Positions 1 through 9,441 of a stretch of 64,000 bases of DNA are shown piece by piece. This DNA is from an uncultured Ignavibacteriota bacterium (GTDB lineage Bacteria > Bacteroidota > Ignavibacteria > UBA10030 > UBA8401): NCBI GenBank assembly GCA_903861125.1, contig CAIOTF010000003.1, positions 13,274-77,273 on the forward strand, given 5' to 3'. How positions within the stretch are numbered: position 1 is the first letter of the stretch; each line of letters opens with the position of its first letter. A model generated the notes under the pieces. The model was not told the DNA's origin. It was given only the letters and a program-made list of their open reading frames with translations, and did no database searches. The translations under genes and the position numbers were made by a program.

Positions 1-1850
1 GTATCTTTGGCAACGACAAATTTTGATTTACTGTTCGTGATATCAACAACATTCAAGATCGAAGGAGGCGTGCTGCCGGTAACAATCATTCCTAAAAATT
101 TTCGACCGTTGAATTCAAAATAATGTGCAGTCGAAGCACCACTGGCAACGATACCCGTGCTTACGGTATCCAGCGGCGATCCGGTTGTATCATACAATAC
201 CGCCGCATTGCCGGAACGATTGATCCAAAATTTTCCGAATCCGTCCGCTACCGGACCAAAACCTAATGCACCGGGATATGCGGTTGTAAAGATTGATTTA
301 TAAAGAACAAGTGTCGTATCCGTATTTGCATTAAACGTATTGACATATGTTCCGGCAGAAACTGCAATATTTCCACCGACGTATACATATCTATTCGTTC
401 CCGTACCAGAGACTGCTAAAGCGTCTCCCTGACGCACGCCAGGTAATGCCGGTCGTAAACTATAGACGTATATACCATTATTCGTCCCAAAGACAAGAAT
501 CGTTGTGTCCTTTGGATTATAAAGTACATCACCGGTACCATTACCATTTGCATTTGCTCCGGATGCCGGAGTGATCAATGCCGACTGGGCATTTATCCCG
601 GAGTATCGGACATCAACTAAATATCCTTTTTTCGCCGTGTAATCATATCCGAGGATATATTTGTTTCCTAAAATTGTGAAGGGTTTTGCAGTCGTCACTC
701 CTGTCCCTAATACCGTACCTTGAATTGAATCCAGTTTCACACCGCTTGTATCGTACAGTGCAGCATGCCTTCCGCTAGTATTGATCCAGAATGCTCCAAG
801 TCCTGTCGTATTCGGACCAAGCCCTAATGCTCCAGAATATCCATCCGCTTTCACAGCGCGAACAAGAGTCAACGTGTCATTATTGTCGGTAGAAGCCTGG
901 AAGATATGCACATATGTGCCACTGGCACCCGATGGTACTCCGTTACCGCCGACATAAACAAATGTTAATGCTCCGCTACCAACAACTGCAAGAGCGTCAC
1001 CTTGTCTTCCATAAACAGAATCCGAAAAGGCTACGACAGGTTTCGAGGTGTCCGATGCATAATAATATATTTTAAAAGTATTCACTTTAGTCGGTGTCAC
1101 ACGAAGATTACAAAGATACACCTTGCCGTCTCCGGAAACGCCAACCCTGCTGATAATATTGTCGCCGCCGGAAATTCCGGTATTATCCAATCTTCCAATT
1201 GTGTCGCCCGTTGCAGTGTTAACGATAACCACGGCATTATATCCTGTTTCACGGGACGCTACATAGAGCTTTGATCCATCCGGAGACAAAGCAACTCCGC
1301 GTACCAGGTCGCCACTTGCTTTCATCCATGGAACGCCTGCAGGAACTGACCATTTTAATGCCGGTGCACCATCGACATAAGCAACTCGCGCAGGTGCAGT
1401 TTCATTATCCCATTGATAGATCTTCATCCTTTGGATGGCATTGATAGATGTTTGAAGATTGGTGGAATAAATCTTTCCATCATTCGAAACAGCGACCCGG
1501 TTGAACAGTAAGACACCACGAGTTGCCGATGCTGTATCTATGCCGGTCATATTTAAACGACCAAGTGTATCACCGGTTGCTCCATTAAGAATCATAATAC
1601 AATTGTAGGCAGAATCACGGCTCGCAACAAGTACGTGACCTGTTACGGGATTGTATGCCATACCGCGCACGTTATTGCCGGTGGTTGCTTTTTTAAACCA
1701 CTGCGGACCAACCGCAACGCCGTTGATATATGTTCCGGCTGTATCGAGCCATACTTTTGTCAGCGAGCTCTGAGCATGTGTTTCCGTCGTGCTAATAAAC
1801 ATCAGTCCGAACAGTAACATGAAAAAAGAAAACAGAATAGTTTTCTTCAT
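1..1850 (-). CDS. secreted repeat protein (partial; C-terminus lies off the left edge)
   Basis: Absent from the ORF track because it runs off the window. My reverse-strand translation from the ATG at 1850 (MKKTILFSFFMLLFGLMFISTTETHAQSSLTKVW...) stayed open at every stretch I checked down to nt 1. AAGGAG lies 5 nt upstream and there is a signal peptide. Internal ~190-aa duplication: GRQGDALAVVGSGALTFVYVGGNG at about nt 940-1010 versus VRQGDALAVSGTGTNRYVYVGGNI at about nt 365-437. Confidence 0.6.
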   Translation of the reverse strand, partial: MKKTILFSFFMLLFGLMFISTTETHAQSSLTKVWLDTAGTYINGVAVGPQWFKKATTGNNVRGMAYNPVTGHVLVASRDSAYNCIMILNGATGDTLGRLNMTGIDTASATRGVLLFNRVAVSNDGKIYSTNLQTSINAIQRMKIYQWDNETAPARVAYVDGAPALKWSVPAGVPWMKASGDLVRGVALSPDGSKLYVASRETGYNAVVIVNTATGDTIGRLDNTGISGGDNIISRVGVSGDGKVYLCNLRVTPTKVNTFKIYYYASDTSKPVVAFSDSVYGRQGDALAVVGSGALTFVYVGGNGVPSGASGTYVHIFQASTDNNDTLTLVRAVKADGYSGALGLGPNTTGLGAFWINTSGRHAALYDTSGVKLDSIQGTVLGTGVTTAKPFTILGNKYILGYDYTAKKGYLVDVRYSGINAQSALITPASGANANGNGTGDVLYNPKDTTILVFGTNNGIYVYSLRPALPGVRQGDALAVSGTGTNRYVYVGGNIAVSAGTYVNTFNANTDTTLVLYKSIFTTAYPGALGFGPVADGFGKFWINRSGNAAVLYDTTGSPLDTVSTGIVASGASTAHYFEFNGRKFLGMIVTGSTPPSILNVVDITNSKSKFVVAKD

Positions 1851-1976
1851 ATGTACTCCTTTTGATTTATTATGAATAGATATTTTAATTTGTTTCAATG
1901 AAAATTGGAGGGTAATGATAGTTTGATGACCTAATCGGATATTTATGTATCTAATATTCGACTCAACGGAACTAAT

Positions 1977-2002
1977 TTCAACTACATCATTGAGTAGTTT
2001 TT
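1977..2002. promoter_or_regulatory. conserved partially palindromic box, copy 1 (TTCAACTACATCATTGAGTAGTTTTT)
   Basis: 23 of 25 positions match the box at 18043-18067, including an exact 14-mer. Intergenic, 127 nt upstream of the minus-strand start at 1850. Confidence 0.35.
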
Positions 2003-2111
2003 CGATAATTGCTGATTTTCGTCAGATTTGGAAGGAAATTACAGATACTATTAAGCTATCACTGTCTCTGATTGATCCGCTGCGTTGGGATTTAACAGTC
2101 CAATTATTTAT

Positions 2112-3533
2112 TTATGTCCGCCAGAATAATCCCTTTTTTGTGAAGAAACTTGTCGAGAGTGCCACCAGCAGGGTGAAGATGAGACCTTTCACAAATCCAA
2201 GCCAGGGAGATACCGTTAAATAATGTAACACCGTGGAAAGCGATGTCAACGAAAGAATGGGCAGAACAAGGATGTTGCCGGCGACATACGCAATCATCGG
2301 ATTTTTGCCATTGTCGATCAGCAGCGCGATATATCTTGATTTCTTAAACCTATCCGCGAAAATGGAAAATGCAATGTAGGTGTACATAGCAAGACCGGTC
2401 GTTACAAAATAATAACTCATGGTCGGATGATCTTTTTTGATCCCCCCTTCGTACGCTTCAAAAAAGAATCCGAGCATCAGCCAGAATGAACCCCAGTTGA
2501 ATATTGTTTTATAAAGACGTTCGGTTGAATTGAGCGCTTTCTGAAGGATAACGAAACCCGCTACGAAAATGAGAATGTCGGTACCGATCGTTGCTATCAC
2601 ATTTCTTGAGAACAGACCGGCCACCGTAACAACAAGCAACGCACTCATGATCAGAAAGAGAGCAAGCATTCCGCTTCGCGACACACCTTCCGTTTCAACA
2701 GATTCCCCTTGCGGTGTATTGATCCAGCCGTAGATAAGATCGCCGGCAATCGTACCGGGTATGACGATGAACAGATACTGCAGATAGTACAATTTATACA
2801 TCCACGGCACAGGAGATAAATTCCAAAGCCATTGGTTCCAGCTTCCTTCAATATTTTGCGTTAAGCGGAGCGCAATTAGGATACCGAGAATTCCTAACCG
2901 GAGAAGCATGTTGTTGCGCGTGTAGATCCAGATCAATGAACCAGCAACGGCAACGTTTGCAAGAACAATAATAATGATATCGCTTCGCGTCAGAGAAAAA
3001 CCCGATCCGTCGGGAAAAGTGATCATACTCAAAATAACAACCGCTCCGATCGCCGCTGCCGATTTCATTACATACTGATAGACTATTTTTATAGATTCCG
3101 GAAAACGGACAAGGAAAAGAAACAGGACAAAGAATGAAATCAAACCAATGATCCAATCAACCGGAGTCGGATCGGCGCTGAATGCGAACGGTTTGGTATG
3201 CTGAACGAAAATGGCAAATACCACAAGCAAAAGTCCCCGCTGAACGATCTGCAGATTAATCTTCCATTGCTGCATACCGCTCTCGATCTTTTTCGAAAGG
3301 CCGAACGGAAAAGCCGCTCCCATAGCAAAAAGGAAAAACGGAAAGACAAGATCGACCCATGTGATGCCGGGAAGATCCGGATTAAATTTGAAATCAGGGG
3401 GCGGAACCTGTGCATGATACATCCACGCAGGAAGAGGATTAGGGAAATGAATGCTTCCCGAAAGAACCATCAGTAAAATTGCGAGACCTCGTAATGCATC
3501 AAGGGCATCGGCACGGCGAATTGTTGTGCTCAT
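2112..3533 (-). CDS. HGSNAT-like (DUF1624/DUF5009-type) polytopic membrane acyl/acetyltransferase
   Basis: 473 aa with about 11 hydrophobic segments. The N-terminal 'RRADALDALRGLAILLMVLSG' matches the signature start of the heparan-alpha-glucosaminide N-acetyltransferase-like family. Co-directional with the GHL10 genes. Confidence 0.6.
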   Translation of the reverse strand: MSTTIRRADALDALRGLAILLMVLSGSIHFPNPLPAWMYHAQVPPPDFKFNPDLPGITWVDLVFPFFLFAMGAAFPFGLSKKIESGMQQWKINLQIVQRGLLLVVFAIFVQHTKPFAFSADPTPVDWIIGLISFFVLFLFLVRFPESIKIVYQYVMKSAAAIGAVVILSMITFPDGSGFSLTRSDIIIIVLANVAVAGSLIWIYTRNNMLLRLGILGILIALRLTQNIEGSWNQWLWNLSPVPWMYKLYYLQYLFIVIPGTIAGDLIYGWINTPQGESVETEGVSRSGMLALFLIMSALLVVTVAGLFSRNVIATIGTDILIFVAGFVILQKALNSTERLYKTIFNWGSFWLMLGFFFEAYEGGIKKDHPTMSYYFVTTGLAMYTYIAFSIFADRFKKSRYIALLIDNGKNPMIAYVAGNILVLPILSLTSLSTVLHYLTVSPWLGFVKGLIFTLLVALSTSFFTKKGLFWRT

Positions 3534-3648
3534 AATTATTTTGTTTTGATAATTGAATGATGTACTGCGTTATGCACCAAGCATTCAAACGTCCGCACGA
3601 TTTATTTGCAGGCGAGGAATTTGGGAACAAAAAGAATCGGACCTTATA

Positions 3649-5544
3649 TTATTTGATCAACAACATTTTGATATTTCGAACAACATTCCCCGTCCGCATT
3701 TGCGTAAAATATATTCCGCTCGGCAAAGCAGCGGCGGAGAAATTAACGCTGTGCTTGCCGGACGGCATTACTTTATTCACCAACCGGACAATCTCACGTC
3801 CAAGCACGTCATAGACAACGATACGGACAGCAGATTGCTCTTTCAGTGAAAATTGAATTGTGGTCGCCGGATTGAACGGATTCGGATAATTCTGCAGTAA
3901 TTCATAGGAATCAGGAGCTGTTTCATTCCTGCTCAAATCTCCTTTCACCGATGCGATCACATCCGGTGAGAGGGCTCTGTTAATCATAATCATGGCCGCA
4001 TCGGCCACGGTATATCTGCCCGTTTCGTTTTTACTGTTATCGAGTCTTATCACCGCTGTATTTCCTGCCTCGCACTGAACGGTACCCAGTTTAACCCATC
4101 CTTTTTTTGTAAGATCACTCTGGTCGATAATGATCGTTGATGAATCGGTTTTGGAGTAAAGCGTGTACTGCGCATGCATTGTCCACGGCGTGTTCGGGAC
4201 GCGATAAATATACGCATCATAGAATGCCGTATATGGAACATTGAAATTGTAGGTAAGTGTAGATGTTAGCACGCTGTCAGTCGTGCGGAGAATTCCCCCT
4301 TTGTATCCTTTCATCTGATACGACAACCACGCACCGTTTTTTACGGCTCCGGGATCATCTTCGTTGACTATTAGCGCAGGGAATCTCCATTCGTTATCCC
4401 CGCGTTCAGGAACTAAAGCCCGCTCTTTGTAGAACGTTCCCTTTAATGTATCGCCAAGCCTGTTATTATTTTTTCTTAATCCCTCATAATAAAAAAACGC
4501 CTCACCCATAACACCGTTCGCTCTATTCTCCTTCAGTGCATTCAGTAGATAGTCCACGGACATCACATATTCATTCGTGCCGACACCAATATTCATCAGA
4601 ATACCGGGGAACAGCTTTTTTTTCTGCGCGCCTGTCTGCGCAATGGCATTCTGCAGTTCATAGGAATATTCGCTGAAACTGTACCGGTACAGCTGAGGAA
4701 TAAAATGATCAGCGATCCCGTTATCGATCCAACTCTTCGAATCCTGTAAATATTCCTGATATGACCAGGGATAGATACTGGGACTTGAGGAAACAAATAA
4801 ATTATTACTTCTCTGCTTAATAATGTTCCTGACCTCTGCATACCACTGGTTCATTTTATCTGCACGCCAACGCATCCACGCTGCATCCTGATAATTCACC
4901 GGAGGTGCGGCGCCACTGTGCTCACTCTTGTACAGCGCAACGGTAACCGAATCATATCCCCCTTCTACCGGCATGGCAGGAATGCGGTCGGAAAATTCCA
5001 CTCCGTCAACATCATATTTTGTTATCACTTCTTTAACGAGAAGATTGATAAATTTCTGAACGTCAGGATTGATCGCAGACATCCAGTCAAATCCATTTTT
5101 ATTGCAGATCTTCCCGTCGCTTGTCCGGAGCGCCCATTGCGGATATTTTTGAATGATATGACCGCCGGTCGGCGTGTTGCTGCCGGAATACCACGCAGCA
5201 AATCCGTATTCGAACCAGGGATACACTTCTATGCCGACACGATGTGCTTCGATAACAATCCGTTCAAGCGGATCACGTCCTGCAAATTGTGTGTGGATGG
5301 GAACACCGAACATACTGTCCATTACCGCACTTCGATATTGAGTATACGCCGCATTCCAGACCACCGGCAGCACAACATTAACGCCGATGGAAGCCAGATA
5401 ATCCATCGCATCGGCGATGTTCTGATCAGTGAAGAGAACATTACTGTCCACATTTGTCAACTTAACGGCGCGGAATTCTTTGAGACGCTGAGGATAGAGA
5501 CACGAAGAAGCGAACAGCAATAAGCAGAAATAAAAAATTTTCAT
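3649..5544 (-). CDS. GHL10 (DUF187) glycoside-hydrolase-like protein + CBD-like module + T9SS C-terminal domain
   Basis: Signal peptide. TIM-barrel motifs typical of GHL10: 'FRAVKLTNVDS', 'DPLERIVIEAHRVGIEVYPWFEYGF', 'YDVDGVEFSDRIPAMP'. C-terminal 'VDQSDLTKKGW..LGT...VADAAM' module followed by 'QNYPNPFNPATTIQFSL...IYFTQM' (Por secretion tail). Confidence 0.75.
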   Translation of the reverse strand: MKIFYFCLLLFASSCLYPQRLKEFRAVKLTNVDSNVLFTDQNIADAMDYLASIGVNVVLPVVWNAAYTQYRSAVMDSMFGVPIHTQFAGRDPLERIVIEAHRVGIEVYPWFEYGFAAWYSGSNTPTGGHIIQKYPQWALRTSDGKICNKNGFDWMSAINPDVQKFINLLVKEVITKYDVDGVEFSDRIPAMPVEGGYDSVTVALYKSEHSGAAPPVNYQDAAWMRWRADKMNQWYAEVRNIIKQRSNNLFVSSSPSIYPWSYQEYLQDSKSWIDNGIADHFIPQLYRYSFSEYSYELQNAIAQTGAQKKKLFPGILMNIGVGTNEYVMSVDYLLNALKENRANGVMGEAFFYYEGLRKNNNRLGDTLKGTFYKERALVPERGDNEWRFPALIVNEDDPGAVKNGAWLSYQMKGYKGGILRTTDSVLTSTLTYNFNVPYTAFYDAYIYRVPNTPWTMHAQYTLYSKTDSSTIIIDQSDLTKKGWVKLGTVQCEAGNTAVIRLDNSKNETGRYTVADAAMIMINRALSPDVIASVKGDLSRNETAPDSYELLQNYPNPFNPATTIQFSLKEQSAVRIVVYDVLGREIVRLVNKVMPSGKHSVNFSAAALPSGIYFTQMRTGNVVRNIKMLLIK

Positions 5545-5578
5545 TCACCAATTTCCCGATGAGCACATTCCGACAATG

Positions 5579-7462
5579 TTATTTAACGAGAAGCATTTTT
5601 CTCGTGACCGTAGAATTCCCGGTATACAGCGAATAGAAATAAAGACCCGTTGCAAGATTCCCGGCGTCAAATGTAAAACGATAGTGACCGGCAGGTTTTT
5701 CCTCGTTGACTAATGTGGCAATTTTTTTCCCTACGACATCATACACTATTAATGCAACGTGCCCTTTTTCACGGACACTGTATTGAATGATAGTGGAAGG
5801 ATTAAAGGGATTTGGGTAGTTATTGGAAAGGTCATCATCCGTCGGAGATTGAATGTTCCCGATTGACCTGCCGTCAACACCAAGCACAACATCCGGTGAA
5901 CGTTTCCGGTTGAGCATGAGCATAGCCGCATCGGCAACAAGATATTTTCCCGGTTCCAACTGCGAGTTATCCAGTTTCAGTGCAACTTTATTCCCCGCCG
6001 AAAGGTACACCGTGCCGAGTTTATTCCATCCTTTTTTCGTCAGATCGCTTTGATCCACAATGACTGTTGTTGAATCGGTATCGGAATAGAGCGTATATCT
6101 GGCTTTCTGAGTCCACGGAGTATTTGGAGTCTGATAGGTGTATACATCGTAAAACGCTGAATATTGTACTGCAAAACCATAACGTATCTGCGCAGCTGCT
6201 GCCGTATCGGAAGTGCGGATAATAGAACCTGTAAATCCTTTCATCAAGTACTCTGTCCACGTTCCGGTCTTCAACGCTGAACCATCGGTCTCATTAACAA
6301 TGGTTGCCTTGGGTATCCATACTTTCCCGTTTCGATACGGAAGTGTTGCCGGAGACTGATAAAATTTATTTTTAAGATACGTCCCAACGCGGTTGGTGTT
6401 TTCACGAAGTCCTTCGTAAAAGAAAAAACATTCTCCGCGCGTTCCTTTTGTTCTGTTTGCCGTCAACATCTGACCCAGCAGGGTTGTATCTATAACATAG
6501 GTGCCGACCTTTGCCAAAACACCCGCAGTAAATACTTGCGGATTATATTGACCAACATCATTCCATGTCGTATTGAGAGCAAGATTGTATGAGCTGAAAT
6601 CATACTGATACAACTGGGGAATGACATTGTCCAGCAACCCTAACTGCACCCATGTTTTTGAGTCCTGTAGCAATTGCTGATATCCCCAGGAATACGGCGC
6701 CGGCGAAACAGACAAGATAGTGTTCTTCCCGCGGGCCTTGACGGAATCGCGCAGACGTCCAAGATATTCCGTGAGTTTATCGGCGCGCCATTTCATCCAC
6801 GATACGTCATTAAAATTTACAGGCGGTGCCGCACCAAGATGTTCATTCTTATACAGTTGAACGGTCGCGGAATCATATCCTCCCTCAACGGGCATAGCCG
6901 GCAGTCGATCGTCACCTTGCACACCATCAACATCGTAATTATCCAACACCTCCATCATCAGCGAGGTCATATAATTTTGCGGTCCGGTATTGAGCGGAGA
7001 CATCCAATCGAATCCATTATCAACGATCAGCGCTCCTGTGTTATCCTTCAGTGCCCAACCGGGATATTTTGCCAGAATATGGCCGCCGTTCAGACTGTAG
7101 GATGTTGAGAAACCGAACTCAAACCACGGAATCACTTCAATGCCGTTCCGGTGGGCTTCAATCACCAATCGTTCAAGGAAGTCCCTATTGACGAACGGAG
7201 AACCCGGAAGAACCGGTGCACTGAATAATCCGTTCATGATCTTACTCGGATACAATGTATATCCTTTATTATAGACAACCGGAAAAACAACATTCACTCC
7301 GATCGATGCCAGATAATCCATTGCTTCCGTGATGTTCACGTCGCTCGACAGGACGTTGCTGTCTACATTCGTCAGCCACGCAGCGCGGACTTCGCTTTTG
7401 TTTTGAGAGAACAGGCTGGAAACGGTAAGTGCAAAAGCAAGAATGGCAACAACTCTCTTCAA
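5579..7462 (-). CDS. GHL10 (DUF187) glycoside-hydrolase-like protein + CBD-like module + T9SS C-terminal domain (paralogue 2)
   Basis: Collinear with 3649..5544 ('EVRAAWLTNVDS', 'DFLERLVIEAHRNGIEVIPWFEFGF', 'YDVDGVQGDDRLPAMP'). Same C-terminal module, then the 'NNYPNPFNPSTIIQYSV' tail. Confidence 0.75.
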   Translation of the reverse strand: MKRVVAILAFALTVSSLFSQNKSEVRAAWLTNVDSNVLSSDVNITEAMDYLASIGVNVVFPVVYNKGYTLYPSKIMNGLFSAPVLPGSPFVNRDFLERLVIEAHRNGIEVIPWFEFGFSTSYSLNGGHILAKYPGWALKDNTGALIVDNGFDWMSPLNTGPQNYMTSLMMEVLDNYDVDGVQGDDRLPAMPVEGGYDSATVQLYKNEHLGAAPPVNFNDVSWMKWRADKLTEYLGRLRDSVKARGKNTILSVSPAPYSWGYQQLLQDSKTWVQLGLLDNVIPQLYQYDFSSYNLALNTTWNDVGQYNPQVFTAGVLAKVGTYVIDTTLLGQMLTANRTKGTRGECFFFYEGLRENTNRVGTYLKNKFYQSPATLPYRNGKVWIPKATIVNETDGSALKTGTWTEYLMKGFTGSIIRTSDTAAAAQIRYGFAVQYSAFYDVYTYQTPNTPWTQKARYTLYSDTDSTTVIVDQSDLTKKGWNKLGTVYLSAGNKVALKLDNSQLEPGKYLVADAAMLMLNRKRSPDVVLGVDGRSIGNIQSPTDDDLSNNYPNPFNPSTIIQYSVREKGHVALIVYDVVGKKIATLVNEEKPAGHYRFTFDAGNLATGLYFYSLYTGNSTVTRKMLLVK

Positions 7463-7475
7463 CGACTCTCCGGCT

Positions 7476-8600
7476 TTAATGTATAATTGATGGATATTCC
7501 GCTTTTTCTTTATAAAGATTCTTAAAGAAGGTAGGGTATTTTTTCAATCCTTCATAAAAGAAAAATACTTCGCCGTTAATGCCCCGTTTTCTGTTTTCCT
7601 TGATCATTGCGGCAAGATATTTTTGCGACGGATAATACTTTCCGACCTTTAAAAGAATTCCCGGGTAAAATCTGTCGAGTTTATCCTTATCGATTTGTGT
7701 GTTAACAATCTCGTCCAGCGATTCAACATAGCGTTTTAATTCATACCGGTAATTCTGAGGAATGATCTGATCGACAAAATCGTTTTTCAGCCAAGCCGGC
7801 CAGTCCTGCAGATATTCTTCTTTACTCCAGGGATAAATACTGGGAGACATCGTCACAAACACCTGCGGTTTCACTTCCTTCACAGAGGTATAGATCCTTT
7901 TCATATATTGATTCAGAATATCCGCTCTCCACTGCACCCAGGAAGTGTCTTTAAAATTTTTCGGCGGTTCCGCTCCCTGATGTTCTGAACGGTAGCGGTT
8001 AACAGTATAGGTATCGTATCCGCTTTCGGAGGGCATTGCCGGCAGCCGGTCATCCCCTTGTATTCCGTCAATATCATAATTCCGGACAACCTCCATAATC
8101 ATGGCCAGCATAAAATCCTGAACTTCCGGTCGGAAGCCGTTCATCCATTCAAAGCCGTTCTTCGAAACAAGTTTTCCTTCGTTGTCCATTGTAGCCCATT
8201 CGGGTTTTCGTTCGAGCAGCGTACCGCCGTTCTGTTTATAGGAAGCAGAAAATCCGAACTCGAACCACGCGATCACCTTAATTTCTTTCTTGTGAGCAGA
8301 TTCGATCAATTCCTTCAGCGGATCCCTGCCGGTGAATAATGTATCTATTTCACGTCCGGTAACCGCTTCGACAACCTTGCTCGGGAATGTTGTCATACCC
8401 TTATTCCACGTAACAACAAAGATCGTATTGAGACCGATCGCAGAGCAGTGATCGACTGCGGCATCGATGTTCTTTTTGGAATTTAATACTTTGCTGTCCA
8501 CATTGGTCAGCCAGACACCGCGGATGGCGCGGACCTTTTCTCCGGCAAAGAGAAACTGGAGAGAAAACAGTACTATGATTGTTGCGATAAAATGCTTCAT
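7476..8600 (-). CDS. GHL10 (DUF187) glycoside-hydrolase-like protein, catalytic domain only (paralogue 3)
   Basis: 374 aa with a signal peptide. Motifs 'AIRGVWLTNVDS', 'DPLKELIESAHKKEIKVIAWFEFGF', 'YDIDGIQGDDRLPAMP'. Lacks the CBD-like module and the T9SS tail. Confidence 0.75.
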   Translation of the reverse strand: MKHFIATIIVLFSLQFLFAGEKVRAIRGVWLTNVDSKVLNSKKNIDAAVDHCSAIGLNTIFVVTWNKGMTTFPSKVVEAVTGREIDTLFTGRDPLKELIESAHKKEIKVIAWFEFGFSASYKQNGGTLLERKPEWATMDNEGKLVSKNGFEWMNGFRPEVQDFMLAMIMEVVRNYDIDGIQGDDRLPAMPSESGYDTYTVNRYRSEHQGAEPPKNFKDTSWVQWRADILNQYMKRIYTSVKEVKPQVFVTMSPSIYPWSKEEYLQDWPAWLKNDFVDQIIPQNYRYELKRYVESLDEIVNTQIDKDKLDRFYPGILLKVGKYYPSQKYLAAMIKENRKRGINGEVFFFYEGLKKYPTFFKNLYKEKAEYPSIIH

Positions 8601-8641
8601 AATGTAGGATGACCCAATGGGAATATGAGAGTGAATAGATT

Positions 8642-9355
8642 TCAGAGTTTGGCTTTCAGCCCGGCACGGATCGAGATAAACTGCATACCGGCAACATTTT
8701 CGAGATCAAGATCAAGCGCCTGCCAGAGTTCGCCGACGATCATTTTATAATCAGCCCCCACGGTGAACCATACAGGATCAGCGATTTTACCTGACAGTTC
8801 TATACCAAGATTAAATGTTCCGCTCCAATCCTCCTGCCTGTTTGAAGGCACGGCGAGTACGGCAGCCTTTACCGGCGTTCCGGTCGCAGCATTCGTGACG
8901 TATAACGAATCATAATACTGACTGCGGGTATTCACCCAGTTGGTAAAACCAAATCCGATCACACCGTTCGATTCCAAACCATCAAAACCCAAAATGTTCA
9001 TGTGAGCTTCGGCGGTAACAGAAGCCGTCTTTAAATTCATCGTCAGTTTCGGCAGCGGAAGTTTGTATTGCTGTGCGCTTGTTCCCTGCACTACCGATAC
9101 CGTTTTTTTGAGCATGGAAGAATTCACGGTGCCAAATTCAGCGTATTCAAATTTTCCGATCCAGGTCAAATGAGGTGTGATTTCAGCTCCGGCATAGACC
9201 ATGCCGGCGTTCGTTGCTAAGAAACGGTCATGTAATGTTCCCAACGGTAATTCGTACACTGCTCCGGCACCGATAACCGTTGCATGCTCCTGAGCCGATG
9301 CAGTGAATGCACCGATGCTTATACAGCAAATCACCGGTAGTATTCTGCGGATCAT
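8642..9355 (-). CDS. small outer-membrane beta-barrel-like protein (hypothetical)
   Basis: The track ORF starts at a TTG at 9445. The ATG at 9355 gives a clean signal peptide (MIRRILPVICCISIGAFTASAQE). Alternating hydrophobic pattern with a C-terminal 'GLKAKL'. Start choice is uncertain. Confidence 0.45.
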   Translation of the reverse strand: MIRRILPVICCISIGAFTASAQEHATVIGAGAVYELPLGTLHDRFLATNAGMVYAGAEITPHLTWIGKFEYAEFGTVNSSMLKKTVSVVQGTSAQQYKLPLPKLTMNLKTASVTAEAHMNILGFDGLESNGVIGFGFTNWVNTRSQYYDSLYVTNAATGTPVKAAVLAVPSNRQEDWSGTFNLGIELSGKIADPVWFTVGADYKMIVGELWQALDLDLENVAGMQFISIRAGLKAKL

Positions 9356-9441
9356 GGACTGCGTTTTGGTCCGGAGCGATGTCCGCTCTTTGGATGGACT
9401 ATTCCATAATGCTGGTTTTGATGTTGAAATGATCATACTCT

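Noticed and set aside
1945-2223. 92-aa plus-strand ORF spanning the intergenic region and the 3' end of the HGSNAT-like gene.
   Set aside because: It overlaps the strongly supported minus-strand gene, and the region contains the conserved non-coding box. There are no motifs and the composition is poor.
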